Below, piece after piece: positions 29,399-39,195 of a DNA stretch of 64,000 nucleotides; within the stretch, counting starts at the first letter, position 1; each line of letters starts with the position of its first letter. The position numbers and the translations under genes were made by a program. Under the pieces are notes generated by a model that made no database searches, was not told where the DNA came from, and was given only the letters and a program-made list of their open reading frames with translations. The stretch spans positions 5,216-69,215 of the forward strand of contig DASYSU010000256.1 of NCBI GenBank assembly GCA_036002925.1, read 5' to 3'. The DNA is from Gemmatimonadaceae bacterium (GTDB lineage Bacteria > Gemmatimonadota > Gemmatimonadetes > Gemmatimonadales > Gemmatimonadaceae).

Positions 29399-29962
29399 AT
29401 GAGCCCATCGCGGGCGGGCAACAACGGCCGCGTGTTCTGGGTGACGGCCGCTGCCGTCATCTGCCTCGACGTCGCCACGAAAGTGCTCGCCGTCAAGAGC
29501 CTCGACGTCCACATTCCGCGGCGCATCGTCGGCGACGTCGTGCGACTCACGCTGGCGTTCAATCCTGGCGCGGCATTCAGCATGTCGTTGGGCATGTACT
29601 CCCGCTACATCTTCGGCGCGTTTGCCGTCATCGCGCTGTTCATCCTGTGGCGCCTATACAAAACAACCGCGGCAGGGGACACGACCCGTGTGCTGGCGCT
29701 CGGACTCGCGTGGGGGGGCGCGGCCGGCAATCTGATCGACCGATTCCGTTCGACCAAGGGCGTGGTCGATTTCATCGACATTGGCGTCGGTGACGTGCGC
29801 TTTTGGACGTTCAACGTCGCCGATTCGGCGGTGACGATCGGTGCGTTGCTGCTGGCATGGGTCCTCTGGCAAGAGGATCGGGCGGCGAACGCCGCTGCGC
29901 GGGCAACCGCCGCGGCGGGCGAGTCGACACGCGAGGGCGGCGAAGCGCGTTCGTCGCCGTAG
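29399..29962 (+). CDS. lspA: Lipoprotein signal peptidase II, copy 2
   Basis: NPGAAFS, GNLIDR and FNVADSAV motifs. The architecture matches copy 1, which ends 10 nt upstream. Confidence 0.85.
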   Translation: MSPSRAGNNGRVFWVTAAAVICLDVATKVLAVKSLDVHIPRRIVGDVVRLTLAFNPGAAFSMSLGMYSRYIFGAFAVIALFILWRLYKTTAAGDTTRVLALGLAWGGAAGNLIDRFRSTKGVVDFIDIGVGDVRFWTFNVADSAVTIGALLLAWVLWQEDRAANAAARATAAAGESTREGGEARSSP

Positions 29963-29968
29963 GCGCGA

Positions 29969-30949
29969 ATGCCGAGCACGCACCACACGCTCGACGCCCC
30001 GGACGAGGCTCCTCGTCTCGACGTCCTCGTCGCCACACACCTCGACATCTCGCGGAATCAAGCCGCGACGCTCATCGCCGAAGGTCACGTTCTCGTTGCT
30101 GGCCGCCGAGAAAAGGCGAGCTACCGTGCGCGCGCGGGCGAACGAGTCATGATCGAGGTCCCACCAGTGCCGGGTCGCGAGGTTTTGGGTGAGGACATCC
30201 CGCTCAACGTGGTCTACGAAGACGACGACGTGTTGGTCGTCGACAAGCCGGCGGGAATGGTCGTCCACCCCGCGCCCGGCAACTGGTCCGGGACCCTGGT
30301 CAATGCGCTAAAGGGCAGGGGCGCATCACTTTCCGAGGCCACGGATGAAGGCCGCGAGGGGATCGTCCACCGTCTGGACAAGGAAACATCTGGCCTCCTG
30401 CTGGTCGCGAAAACCGACCGCGCACATCGGCGACTTGGCGCGGCATTGCAGGCTCGCGAGATCGTGCGACGCTACGCGGTGTTGTCGTGGGGACATCTCA
30501 CCGAAGAGCGGGTCACGGTCGAAAAGCCGATTGCACGCGATCCGCGAGACCGAAAGCGCATGGCAGTCGTCAGTAGTGGACGGCCGGCGAGGACTGACCT
30601 CACTCGGCTCGCGCGCTTCGACTCCGCCGATCTGCTTCGGGCTCATCTCTTTACGGGACGCACGCATCAGATCCGAGTACATCTCGCCTCGATCGGACAT
30701 CCGGTCGTGGGCGACGACACGTACGGCGGTGGTGGCGGCCGCAAGCTGATGGGGCTCCCGCCGCGCCGACACTTTCTGCACGCGGCGTGGTTGATCTTCC
30801 GTCATCCGGTGACTGGAGAACCGATCGATCTCCGCTCGCCGCTGCCGGAAGAGCTGCATCGCGCGATCGTCGTCGCCGCTGGTCCCGATGTCCCCGTCGC
30901 TGACACCAACCCGCTCGAGTTCTTTGGCTTCTACCGCGTCGATACCTGA
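29969..30949 (+). CDS. rluD: RluA-family 23S rRNA pseudouridine synthase (RluD-like)
   Basis: N-terminal S4 domain. Catalytic HRLDKETSGLLLVAKT. GRTHQIRVH motif. Confidence 0.9.
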   Translation: MPSTHHTLDAPDEAPRLDVLVATHLDISRNQAATLIAEGHVLVAGRREKASYRARAGERVMIEVPPVPGREVLGEDIPLNVVYEDDDVLVVDKPAGMVVHPAPGNWSGTLVNALKGRGASLSEATDEGREGIVHRLDKETSGLLLVAKTDRAHRRLGAALQAREIVRRYAVLSWGHLTEERVTVEKPIARDPRDRKRMAVVSSGRPARTDLTRLARFDSADLLRAHLFTGRTHQIRVHLASIGHPVVGDDTYGGGGGRKLMGLPPRRHFLHAAWLIFRHPVTGEPIDLRSPLPEELHRAIVVAAGPDVPVADTNPLEFFGFYRVDT

Positions 30950-31364
30950 AGCGACTCTCGCTCCCACGCTGCTGTTTCGCGTGGGGGGATCGACGTACGG
31001 GTGCGACATCGACGCCACACAAGAAGTCATTCCGCTCCGCCGCATGACGCGTGTTCCCGGCGCGCCGGCCTACGTGCGTGGGTTGATCAACATGCGCGGA
31101 ACGATCGTGACCGTGCTCGATCTCGGGATGCGACTCGATCCGTCGAGCGCGCCGATCGCCGATGGGGGATCGATTCTGCTGCTGCGCTATCGGGATCGAA
31201 TGGTGGGAATCGTTGTCGAGGAAGTAGTCGATTTGCGCGCGCTCGAGATCGAAGACGGTGACGCCGGCGCGGGGTCGATCGTGCGCGGGATGGCAACGTT
31301 GGATGACGCAACAGTCGTCGTGCTCGATCTCGACGCACTGATCAAGCAGGTTCTGCACTCTTAG
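30888..31364 (+). CDS. cheW: CheW-like coupling protein 1
   Basis: LLFRVGGSTYGCDIDATQEVIPLRRMTRVPGAPAYVRGLINMRGTIVTVLDLG is a typical CheW fold signature. The start is uncertain (ATG 30888 or TTG 30924). Either one overlaps the rluD 3' end. Confidence 0.8.
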   Translation: MSPSLTPTRSSSLASTASIPEATLAPTLLFRVGGSTYGCDIDATQEVIPLRRMTRVPGAPAYVRGLINMRGTIVTVLDLGMRLDPSSAPIADGGSILLLRYRDRMVGIVVEEVVDLRALEIEDGDAGAGSIVRGMATLDDATVVVLDLDALIKQVLHS

Positions 31365-31375
31365 GGAGGCGTTAC

Positions 31376-31738
31376 TTGAGCCACACCGTTCTTATCTGCG
31401 ACGACGCGATCTTCATGCGCACCATGGTCGGCGACATTCTCACGCAAGCGGGATTCGAGATCGTGGGGGAGGCCGAGACGGGGTTGCAAGCCGTCGAGAA
31501 ATATCAGCAACTCAAGCCCGACTTGGTGACGATGGACATCGTCATGCCAGACATGGGCGGCATCGACGCCGTGCGCGAGATCTGCAAGCAGGATCCGCAA
31601 GCAAAGATCTTGATGTGCAGCGCGATGGGCCAGCAGGCGCTCGTCGTCGAGGCGATTCAAGCCGGCGCGAAGGATTTCGTCGTCAAACCGTTTCAACCGA
31701 GTCGCGTGCTCGAAGCCGTGCAGCGCGTGTTAGGCTGA
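31376..31738 (+). CDS. cheY: CheY single-domain response regulator
   Basis: DD pair (LICDDA), phospho-Asp (VTMDIVMPDMGG), Ser/Thr (MCSAMG) and Lys (VVKPF) are all present. Confidence 0.9.
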   Translation: MSHTVLICDDAIFMRTMVGDILTQAGFEIVGEAETGLQAVEKYQQLKPDLVTMDIVMPDMGGIDAVREICKQDPQAKILMCSAMGQQALVVEAIQAGAKDFVVKPFQPSRVLEAVQRVLG

Positions 31739-31757
31739 GCGCTGCACACGCGTCGTC

Positions 31758-33686
31758 GTGGATAACGCCCAGTACGCGGAGCTCTTTCTCACCGAGAGCC
31801 GAGAGCACATCGCCGGGGTCAATAAGGCGTTGCTCGAGCTCGAGCGCGATGCGACCGGACCGGGTGCGTCCGCCGCGGTCGCGTCGATCTTTCGTGGCGT
31901 TCACACCATCAAAGGCATGGGCGCGACGATGGGGTACGCCATCGTCGCCGAACTAGCGCACGAGCTGGAGACAGTGCTCGATCGCATCCGTCGCGCCGAT
32001 TTGGCGATCAACGTCGCGATCATGGACGTGCTGTTTCGCGCAACCGATGTCCTCGAGAAGGCCGTAGAAGCGGCTGTCGCCGGCCGCGACGGCGAGGTCG
32101 TCGCCACCGAGCTCGTGACGACGCTGCACTCCCTTGGCGCATCGGGGCCGAGGCGTTCGAGTGGCGGATGGACGATTCCGGCGCCCTCCGGTGCCGGCAC
32201 CTTGGTGCGCATCCGATTGGCGCCCGACACGCCGCTGCGCGGAGTCCGCGCGTTCATCATCATCAAGGCATTGGGTGCGCTCGGTGAGGTGACGAACACC
32301 GAACCGCCGATCGAACAAATCCAAGCCGACGGCTTCGACACCGACTTCGCGGTTCGCGTCGTGAGCACGTCACCGGCGACCGAAATCGAGAGCGTGATTC
32401 GTAAGGCCGGCGACGTCGTCTTCGTGCGCGTCAGCGAGCCGCAGGCCGCCCCGCCGCGGCGCTCGGCGCCCGTCACCATTGAGCCTGCCGCTGCGCCGAC
32501 GTCCGCGCCAGCCGCCGACACCCGATCGGTTGTCGGACAAGCGCGGCATGTCCGCATCGATGTGCGGCGCCTCGACACGTTGATGAATCTCATCGGAGAG
32601 TTGTTGATCGCGCGCGGACGTCTGACGCAGCTCGCCGGCGAGCTTGGTGATCTCACGCTCGAGGAGACGGTGACGCAATCGTCACGGCTCATCGGCGAGC
32701 TGCGCGACGAGATCACGGCGAGCCGCATGGTGCCGGTCTCGCATGTCTTCGATCGATTCCCGCGCGTGGTGCGCGACGCGGCGCGAGCGGTCGGCAAGCA
32801 GATCGATTTCGTCGTCGACGGAAAGGGGATCGAGCTCGATCGGTCGATGCTCGATGAGATTGGCGACTCGATCGTGCATCTGTTGCGCAACGCGGTCGAT
32901 CACGGAATCGAAGCCCCAGAGGCCCGCACTGCCGCGGGGAAATCACCCACCGGCCGGCTGGTCTTGAGCGCGGCGCGCGATCGCTCGGCCGTGGTGATCA
33001 AGGTGAGCGACGACGGGAAGGGCATCGATCGCGAACGGGTGCTCGCGCGCGCCAAGCGCGATGGGCTCGTCGACGCGAATCGCAACGATCTGACCGAAGA
33101 CGAGTTGCTCCGCCTGCTCGCCCGCCCGGGCTTTTCGACCGCCGAGAAAGTGACCGACCTATCCGGTCGCGGCGTTGGCGTCGACGCCGTGTACACGCGC
33201 GTGCGCGCACTCGGCGGCGCGATGGACATTCGATCCGTGCCCGGTCAGGGCACGACGATGATCCTACGTCTGCCGCTGACGCTTGCGATCGTCCGCGCAC
33301 TTCTCGTCCGCGTGGCCGACGAGATCTACGCGATTCCGCTGGCGCACGTGAGCGAAACGATCGAGCTCGAGTCCGAGATTCTGCGGACCGTGAAAGGTCG
33401 CGAGGTGTTGTTGGCGCGCAACGAAGTGCTTCCGCTCATGCGGCTGCGCGATCTCGTCGGCCTGCCGGCGTATCAACCGCCGAGCGAAATCGCGCTGGAA
33501 CACGTCGTGGTGATCGACCTCGGCGATCGTCGAGCGGGGCTCGTCATCGACGAGCTCACGGGGCAGGAAGAAATTGTGGTCAAACAATACGACGCGGTTC
33601 GTGAAGGCTTGCCGTTCTTCGGGGGCGCCACGCTCCTCAGCGACGGCAGCCCATCGCTCATCGTCGACGTCAGCAGTCTCCTCTGA
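31758..33686 (+). CDS. cheA: Chemotaxis histidine kinase CheA
   Basis: HPt with FRGVHTIKGMG. Dimerisation domain. HATPase N/G boxes (HLLRNAVDHGIE, DDGKGID, GRGVGVD). C-terminal CheW-like P5 domain. Confidence 0.92.
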   Translation: MDNAQYAELFLTESREHIAGVNKALLELERDATGPGASAAVASIFRGVHTIKGMGATMGYAIVAELAHELETVLDRIRRADLAINVAIMDVLFRATDVLEKAVEAAVAGRDGEVVATELVTTLHSLGASGPRRSSGGWTIPAPSGAGTLVRIRLAPDTPLRGVRAFIIIKALGALGEVTNTEPPIEQIQADGFDTDFAVRVVSTSPATEIESVIRKAGDVVFVRVSEPQAAPPRRSAPVTIEPAAAPTSAPAADTRSVVGQARHVRIDVRRLDTLMNLIGELLIARGRLTQLAGELGDLTLEETVTQSSRLIGELRDEITASRMVPVSHVFDRFPRVVRDAARAVGKQIDFVVDGKGIELDRSMLDEIGDSIVHLLRNAVDHGIEAPEARTAAGKSPTGRLVLSAARDRSAVVIKVSDDGKGIDRERVLARAKRDGLVDANRNDLTEDELLRLLARPGFSTAEKVTDLSGRGVGVDAVYTRVRALGGAMDIRSVPGQGTTMILRLPLTLAIVRALLVRVADEIYAIPLAHVSETIELESEILRTVKGREVLLARNEVLPLMRLRDLVGLPAYQPPSEIALEHVVVIDLGDRRAGLVIDELTGQEEIVVKQYDAVREGLPFFGGATLLSDGSPSLIVDVSSLL

Positions 33687-33688
33687 GG

Positions 33689-34312
33689 ATGCTCATGGAA
33701 GATCTCCGTTCGCTGAAGGCCATCCAACTGGACGCACTGCGCGAAGTTGCGAATATCGGCGCGGGTCACGCCGCCACGGCGCTGTCGCAGATGGTCGGCG
33801 AAACCATCATGATCAGCGTGCCGACGATCAACATCGCGCGGCTCGAGGATGTGCCACCGCAAGTCGGCGAGCCCGATCAACCTGTCGCGGCGGTGCTCAT
33901 GCACATGCTCGGCGATCTGACCGGACGAACGCTGCTCGTGTTTCCGCGCCGCACGGCGGTCCGTCTGGCCGAGCTGCTGCTGCATCGCCCGAGCCCGGCG
34001 GACACGTTCTCCGAAATGCAGCAGTCGGCGATCAAGGAAGCGGGAAACATTCTCAGCTCGGCCTACATGAACGCCCTCAGCGACTTCATGGGCATGATGT
34101 TGTTACCATCGCCGCCCAGCCTCGCGATCGACATGTCGACCGCGGTGCTGACGACGGCGTACCTCCAATTCGGCAGCGACAAGGATTATGTCTTCTGCGT
34201 CGAGAGCGAGTTTCGTCTGAGCGACATCGGCGAGAAACTGTCCGGTTATTTCCTGCTCCTTCCCGACGCCGCGTCGCTGCAAGCCATCCTCAAGGCCGTT
34301 CGCGTAGCCTGA
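33689..34312 (+). CDS. cheC: CheC-type CheY-P phosphatase
   Basis: Two copies of the E-x2-N-x22-P active-site motif are present (LREVANIGAGHAATALSQMVGETIMISVP and IKEAGNILSSAYMNALSDFMGMMLLPSPP). Confidence 0.8.
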   Translation: MLMEDLRSLKAIQLDALREVANIGAGHAATALSQMVGETIMISVPTINIARLEDVPPQVGEPDQPVAAVLMHMLGDLTGRTLLVFPRRTAVRLAELLLHRPSPADTFSEMQQSAIKEAGNILSSAYMNALSDFMGMMLLPSPPSLAIDMSTAVLTTAYLQFGSDKDYVFCVESEFRLSDIGEKLSGYFLLLPDAASLQAILKAVRVA

Positions 34313-34315
34313 GCC

Positions 34316-37003
34316 ATGGTTCTCACGTCCGAGCGTGACCGCGACGTACTTCGGTCGTTCGCCCGCCGGATCGATCCGTCGGACGCCGGGGCGCACAACA
34401 ACCTCGGCGTCTTGTATTACAACAAGGGATTGTACGAGGAAGCGGTCAGTGCGCTGATGAAGGCGCTCGAGCTCGACGGAAAAATGCAGGTCGCGCGCCG
34501 CAACCTCGAGATCGCGTACTTCAATACTGGCTATTACGATACTCGAATACCCGAGCTCCGCGAACGTCTGCGCTCGCGTCCCGAAGACCGTGACGCGCGG
34601 TGGGAGCTTGGTCGCACGTTCGCGTTGCTGGGACAACACGAGGAAGCGGCTGAAGAGTTCCGCGTCCTGTTGCAGCACAACGCGAATGACGTCGGCGCGC
34701 TTCTCCAGCTCGCGCTTGCCGAAAAGCAGGCCGGCGACATGGAACGGGCCCAATCGTGCGTCGAACAGGCGCTCGTGCTCGACCCCGAGAGCTCGCTTCT
34801 TCAGTTCACGCTTGGTGAGGTGCTCTATCATCGCGGATTGAACGAGGAAGCGCTGCGTGCGCTCGAGCGCGCGATCGAGCTCAATCCGGAGAACCATGAC
34901 GCACTCTATCTCATGGGTTTCGTCCTCGGCGACATCGGACGACATGAGGAGGCGCAGGCAGTCACCCGCCGCGCGATCAAGCTCAATCCGACGCTCTCAC
35001 GCGCGCACGCCAACTTAGCGATCGATCAACAACGCGCGGCGCAGACGAACGGCAACGAGGCGTCGGCCAAGAAAGAGCTGCAGGTGTCGGGCGAAGGACA
35101 GCTCGCGCGCTACAACCTGGGCCTCGCCTTTCGCAGCAAGGCGTATTACGCCGAGGCGTTGCGTGAATACCGTGCCGCGCTCGAGCGTGGCGAAGAGCGC
35201 GATCTCGTTTTACAAGCGATGGCCGAGGTCCACCTGCTCATGCGTCAGCCCAAGGAAGCGCTGGCGCTCTATGATGAACTGCTGCAGCGCCAATGTGATA
35301 GCCCAAAGCTATGGAACGAGCGCGGCGTGTCGCTGCACCAGCAGGGTCGGTTCGCCGACGCGGAGGAGAGCTATCGCCGGGCGTTGCAATCGGAGCCCGA
35401 GTACGCGATCGCGCACAACAACCTGGGCGTCGCCTTGTACCACCGTGGCGCCGTCGACGATGCGGTTACGGCATTTCGAACCGCGCTCCATGAGGAGCCC
35501 GGATTCGCGAAGGCGCGACTGAATCTGGCGCTGCTGCTGAGCCGCGCGAAGCGTTTTCCAGCGGCGCTCGAAGCCTACCGACTCGTGCTGAGCTCCGCGC
35601 CGGAGCACCCGGTGGCGTGGAATGGCATCGGTGTCGTGCTCGCCGAGCTGCGCAAGTTCGAGGACGCGCGCAACGCATTCGCCCGGGCGATTCAAGCACG
35701 GCCGGAGTTCGCCGAAGCGCACTACAACATGAGCTTCACGCTCTCCAACCTCGGCGATTTCGAGGGCGCGTTGCGCGAAACCAAACGCGCGCTCGAGCTC
35801 GACCCGTACTATGTCGCGCAGAAGTTCGAGCTCGCCATGGACGTCGAGTACGAGGACCCGGATCTGTCGATCCAGCCGGATCTGGGGAGCGAGCGCGCGG
35901 CCGACGCCGCGATCGCCGACTTCGCGTTCGACCCAAAAACGCTCGACTCGCTGTTCACCGAGCTGACGCCGGTCGTCGAGCCGCCGCCTCGGAACCGCAA
36001 CACCGACTCGTCGCCCTATGCAATGGCGACGGATTACCTGTCGAAGGGATTGTTCGATCGCGCGTCGGCGGAGATCAACCGCGCGATGGCGCGAGGCAAT
36101 GCACGCGCTGACGGTCTCGCCATGCTGGGCGACGTGTTCGCGAAGCAGGGATTGTTCGGCGAAGCGTTGGAGCGATACCGCGACGCACTGCAGATGCAGC
36201 CCGACCTTCGTGCCGCGTCGATCGGCGAGGCGTGGTCGTTGGTCCGTCTCGGACGCGCGACCGAAGCACGGCCGCTCGCCGAGCGCCTGGCGAAGCAACA
36301 TCCGGACGACGTCGATCTGCTGATGCTTGTCGCGACGGCGTGCGCGGATTCCGGCGATCCGGCCGCCGCGCTCTCGGCCCTCGAGAAGGCGCGTCGCGTC
36401 GCGCCGATGCGGGCCGATATTCACCAGCGCATCGGCGACATCGCCGGCTCCTTGGGCGACAGCGACGGCGCGGTCTCCGCGTACCGGCATGCGCTGCAGT
36501 TGGATTCGGACTTCGCCGTAGTGCGATTCCAGTTGGCTCGACTGCTCCAGTCGAAGGGACACGATCGCGTCGCCGAAGAGGAACTCGTCGCGGCGCTCGA
36601 CGCAGTCCCCACATATGCGGAGGCGACGCTCGAGCTCGCGACATTGCGCCGACGATTGGGTCGGCCCGCCGAGGCGCTCACGCTGCTCGTCGATCTGCTC
36701 CATCGCGATCCCTATCACTTCGACGCCCTCATCTCGCTCGGCGAGACGCTGCTGGCGCTCGGACGAAAGCGCGACGCCGTCCACGCATTCACGCGTGTGC
36801 TCCGGTTCGATCCGTCGCACATCGGCGCGTTGTTTTACGAGGGCGCGATCCTCGTCGAGCAGCATCGCTATCGCGACGCGATCGCTCGCTGGGAGAAAGT
36901 CGTCGAGCTCGGACCAGCGACTGAATACGCGCGCCGCGCCCGACGCGACATGCGCACCGCGGCTGATCTGCAGCGCATCCTCTCGCCGCGAGCGAGGCAC
37001 TAG
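34316..37003 (+). CDS. Large tetratricopeptide-repeat protein (895 aa)
   Basis: TPR consensus (W/L-G-Y-A-F-A-P spacing) recurs throughout. Examples are AHNNLGVLYYNKGLYEEAVSALMKALELD and AHNNLGVALYHRGAVDDAVTAFRTAL. No TM, HAMP or MCP signalling motif was seen. Confidence 0.75.
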   Translation: MVLTSERDRDVLRSFARRIDPSDAGAHNNLGVLYYNKGLYEEAVSALMKALELDGKMQVARRNLEIAYFNTGYYDTRIPELRERLRSRPEDRDARWELGRTFALLGQHEEAAEEFRVLLQHNANDVGALLQLALAEKQAGDMERAQSCVEQALVLDPESSLLQFTLGEVLYHRGLNEEALRALERAIELNPENHDALYLMGFVLGDIGRHEEAQAVTRRAIKLNPTLSRAHANLAIDQQRAAQTNGNEASAKKELQVSGEGQLARYNLGLAFRSKAYYAEALREYRAALERGEERDLVLQAMAEVHLLMRQPKEALALYDELLQRQCDSPKLWNERGVSLHQQGRFADAEESYRRALQSEPEYAIAHNNLGVALYHRGAVDDAVTAFRTALHEEPGFAKARLNLALLLSRAKRFPAALEAYRLVLSSAPEHPVAWNGIGVVLAELRKFEDARNAFARAIQARPEFAEAHYNMSFTLSNLGDFEGALRETKRALELDPYYVAQKFELAMDVEYEDPDLSIQPDLGSERAADAAIADFAFDPKTLDSLFTELTPVVEPPPRNRNTDSSPYAMATDYLSKGLFDRASAEINRAMARGNARADGLAMLGDVFAKQGLFGEALERYRDALQMQPDLRAASIGEAWSLVRLGRATEARPLAERLAKQHPDDVDLLMLVATACADSGDPAAALSALEKARRVAPMRADIHQRIGDIAGSLGDSDGAVSAYRHALQLDSDFAVVRFQLARLLQSKGHDRVAEEELVAALDAVPTYAEATLELATLRRRLGRPAEALTLLVDLLHRDPYHFDALISLGETLLALGRKRDAVHAFTRVLRFDPSHIGALFYEGAILVEQHRYRDAIARWEKVVELGPATEYARRARRDMRTAADLQRILSPRARH

Positions 37004-37005
37004 CG

Positions 37006-38049
37006 ATGGCGATCGAGGGACCGCTCCGCGAGCTCGGCATCCACGACGTCTTTCAGCTCCTCGACCTGAGCCGAAAGACAGGGATGCTGCGCGTCTCCTC
37101 GGAGCTCCGCGAGGACGAGGGGCTCGTCTGCTTCGACGGGGGGCGCGTCGTCCAAGCAACGATTCGCAGCAAGACGCTTCCGATGGAGATGGTGCTGCTC
37201 CAGGCCGGCCGAATTACCGAGTCGGATCTCGAGCGCGCGCGGGCGAAGCGGCAAAACGGGCGGGCCGGACGCGAGATCGTGCATCTGCTCGTCGACGTCG
37301 GCGCGATCACGCACAAGGAGCTCGAGCGCCAGCTCCGACTGCAGCTCGAGAGCGTCGTGTTCGAGCTCATGTCGTGGCGCGAAGGGTTCTTCTCGTTCGA
37401 GGAACGCACGCGCGATGAGATGCCGGGCGAGACGTTGATCACCGTCTCGACCGAGTCGCTGCTCATGGAAGGCGCCCGGCGCATCGACGAATGGTCGCGC
37501 ATCGCGGACATCGTTCCGAATGTCGCGGCGGTTCCGGAGCTCGCCCCGATCGACTCGGCGCGCGACGGAGCCATGCTCGATCTCTTGCCGCACGAGTGGC
37601 AGGTGTTGACGATGATCGACAGCGAGCGCGATCTGCGTGAGATCGCCGCCGTGCTGGCCCGCGATGAATTCGAGATCGCGAAGATCGCATACGGACTCGC
37701 GACGACCGGCATCATCACGATGCGGTCGCCAAAGCGACCGACGCCGGAGCTCGATCGCAGCGGCGTCGAATCGCGCCTCGAGGCGGCGCGCGCGTACACG
37801 ACCGCCGGGCGTCACGCCGAAGCGCTCGACGAGCTCCGGCGCGCCGTTCAGGAAGATCCGCTGACGTCGCGCGCGCATCTCGATCTCGCGTTCGCCGCGG
37901 CGCGCACCGGCGATCTCTCCGCGGCGCGCGCGAGTTGGCAGCACTTTCTCCGCTTGACGCCTCGCGATCCAGCGGCGCCGCTCGTGCACAGCGCGCTCGG
38001 CGCGTTGGCCGAGCTCGAACGAGTGCTCGAGGTGCACGCCAATGGCTGA
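37006..38049 (+). CDS. PATAN (DUF4388) domain protein with C-terminal TPRs, paralog 1
   Basis: N-terminal GPLRELGIHDVFQLLDLSRKTGMLRVSS...GRVVQA is the DUF4388/PATAN signature. SLLMEGARRIDEW mid-region. TPR-like C-terminus. Confidence 0.65.
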   Translation: MAIEGPLRELGIHDVFQLLDLSRKTGMLRVSSELREDEGLVCFDGGRVVQATIRSKTLPMEMVLLQAGRITESDLERARAKRQNGRAGREIVHLLVDVGAITHKELERQLRLQLESVVFELMSWREGFFSFEERTRDEMPGETLITVSTESLLMEGARRIDEWSRIADIVPNVAAVPELAPIDSARDGAMLDLLPHEWQVLTMIDSERDLREIAAVLARDEFEIAKIAYGLATTGIITMRSPKRPTPELDRSGVESRLEAARAYTTAGRHAEALDELRRAVQEDPLTSRAHLDLAFAAARTGDLSAARASWQHFLRLTPRDPAAPLVHSALGALAELERVLEVHANG

Positions 38050-38851
38050 CGACATCCGCCGTTGGAGCGATGAGTTGGCGCGCGATCCGTCGAGCCTCGT
38101 GTTCCTGCAGCTCGGCGAATCACTGCGACGACAGGGGCAAGTGGACATCGCGCTCAAAATCGCGCTTCGAGGACTCGAGCGGCATCCACGCAATGCCGAG
38201 GCACACGACCTCGTGGCGCGAATCGCGGTCGACCGGCTCGACTTCTCGCGCGCGCTCGAAGAGTGGGAAACGGTGCTTCGCTTGGTGCCCGACCACGTCG
38301 GAGCAATGAAGGGCCTCGGCTACGTCCATTTCCATCAAGGCCGCTTCGATCATGCGGAAGCGTATCTGAGCCAGGCTGCAGCCGGCGGAGCGGGAAGCGA
38401 CGTGTCGAACGCACTACAGACCATACGTCGCACTACCGGCATTGCACCGACATGGACCGGCGACCGGAATCCGGCGCCCGATCCGCAGCGAATCTTCGCC
38501 GATCTACTGCTCGACGACGGTCAAACGGCTCTGCTGCTCGACGGCAGCGGTTACGTGCTCGGCGGCTTGTATCTCGATTCAGTGGGCGACGACGTGTCGC
38601 AGGACATCGGCGCGCAGTTGAGCGGCATCTCCGATGAGGTCGAGCGCTCGATGCGCCATCTCGACATCGGAAACTGGCGGTCGATCATCTTCGAGACGCA
38701 GGCCGCGGTCGTGGCGATGGCGCCCGCGGCGGACGACAGTCTGGTCGTTGTCGCGGCGTCTCGTTCGACCCCGCTCGGACTCCTGCGTCGGCTTCTCGAC
38801 CGATGCGCCGAGCGGGCAGCCGGGTGGCTGGACGGCGGGAGACGGCCATGA
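38042..38851 (+). CDS. TPR-Roadblock/LC7 fusion protein
   Basis: N-terminal TPRs (LGESLRRQGQVDIALKIALRGLERHPRNAEAH...). C-terminal roughly 110 aa have a Roadblock-like pattern (GQTALLLDGSGYVLGG...SIIFETQAAVVAMAPAADDSLVVVAAS). Confidence 0.55.
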   Translation: MADDIRRWSDELARDPSSLVFLQLGESLRRQGQVDIALKIALRGLERHPRNAEAHDLVARIAVDRLDFSRALEEWETVLRLVPDHVGAMKGLGYVHFHQGRFDHAEAYLSQAAAGGAGSDVSNALQTIRRTTGIAPTWTGDRNPAPDPQRIFADLLLDDGQTALLLDGSGYVLGGLYLDSVGDDVSQDIGAQLSGISDEVERSMRHLDIGNWRSIIFETQAAVVAMAPAADDSLVVVAASRSTPLGLLRRLLDRCAERAAGWLDGGRRP

Positions 38852-39195
38852 GCCCCTTCACGTCGATGCTCGAATCGCTGACCCGCCAGCGTGGCGTGCG
38901 GGCCAGCTTGATCGTCTCCGAGAACGATGGGCTGATTGTCGATTCAAATCTCCGGTTCGGACAAGATGGCGACCGCATAGCTGCGCTGGCCGCGTCGATG
39001 TACCGCAAGGCGCGGTTATCGGCGGGGGCGGCGCGGCTGGGCGCCGTGTCGTTCCTCCAGCTTGATGCCGAGCGTGGACGGATATGCGCCGTCGGTGGCC
39101 GCAGTGATCTCGTCATCGTGGTCGTCGCCGATCCGGCGGCGAACGTAGGTCTGATGCGCGTGGAATTATTCAGGGCGCTGGAGTCGCTGGAATGA
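38848..39195 (+). CDS. Roadblock/LC7 domain protein
   Basis: GVRASLIVSENDGLIVDSN...AALAASMYRKA...SFLQLDAERGRICAVGGRSDLVIVVVADPAANVGLMRVEL is a typical Robl/LC7 pattern. ATGA overlaps at both ends. Confidence 0.65.
   Translation: MSPFTSMLESLTRQRGVRASLIVSENDGLIVDSNLRFGQDGDRIAALAASMYRKARLSAGAARLGAVSFLQLDAERGRICAVGGRSDLVIVVVADPAANVGLMRVELFRALESLE

Noticed and set aside
34316-37003. The 895-aa protein as the missing chemoreceptor.
   Set aside because: It is TPR throughout. It has no TM helices, no HAMP domain, no conserved MCP signalling hairpin and no methylation-site heptads.
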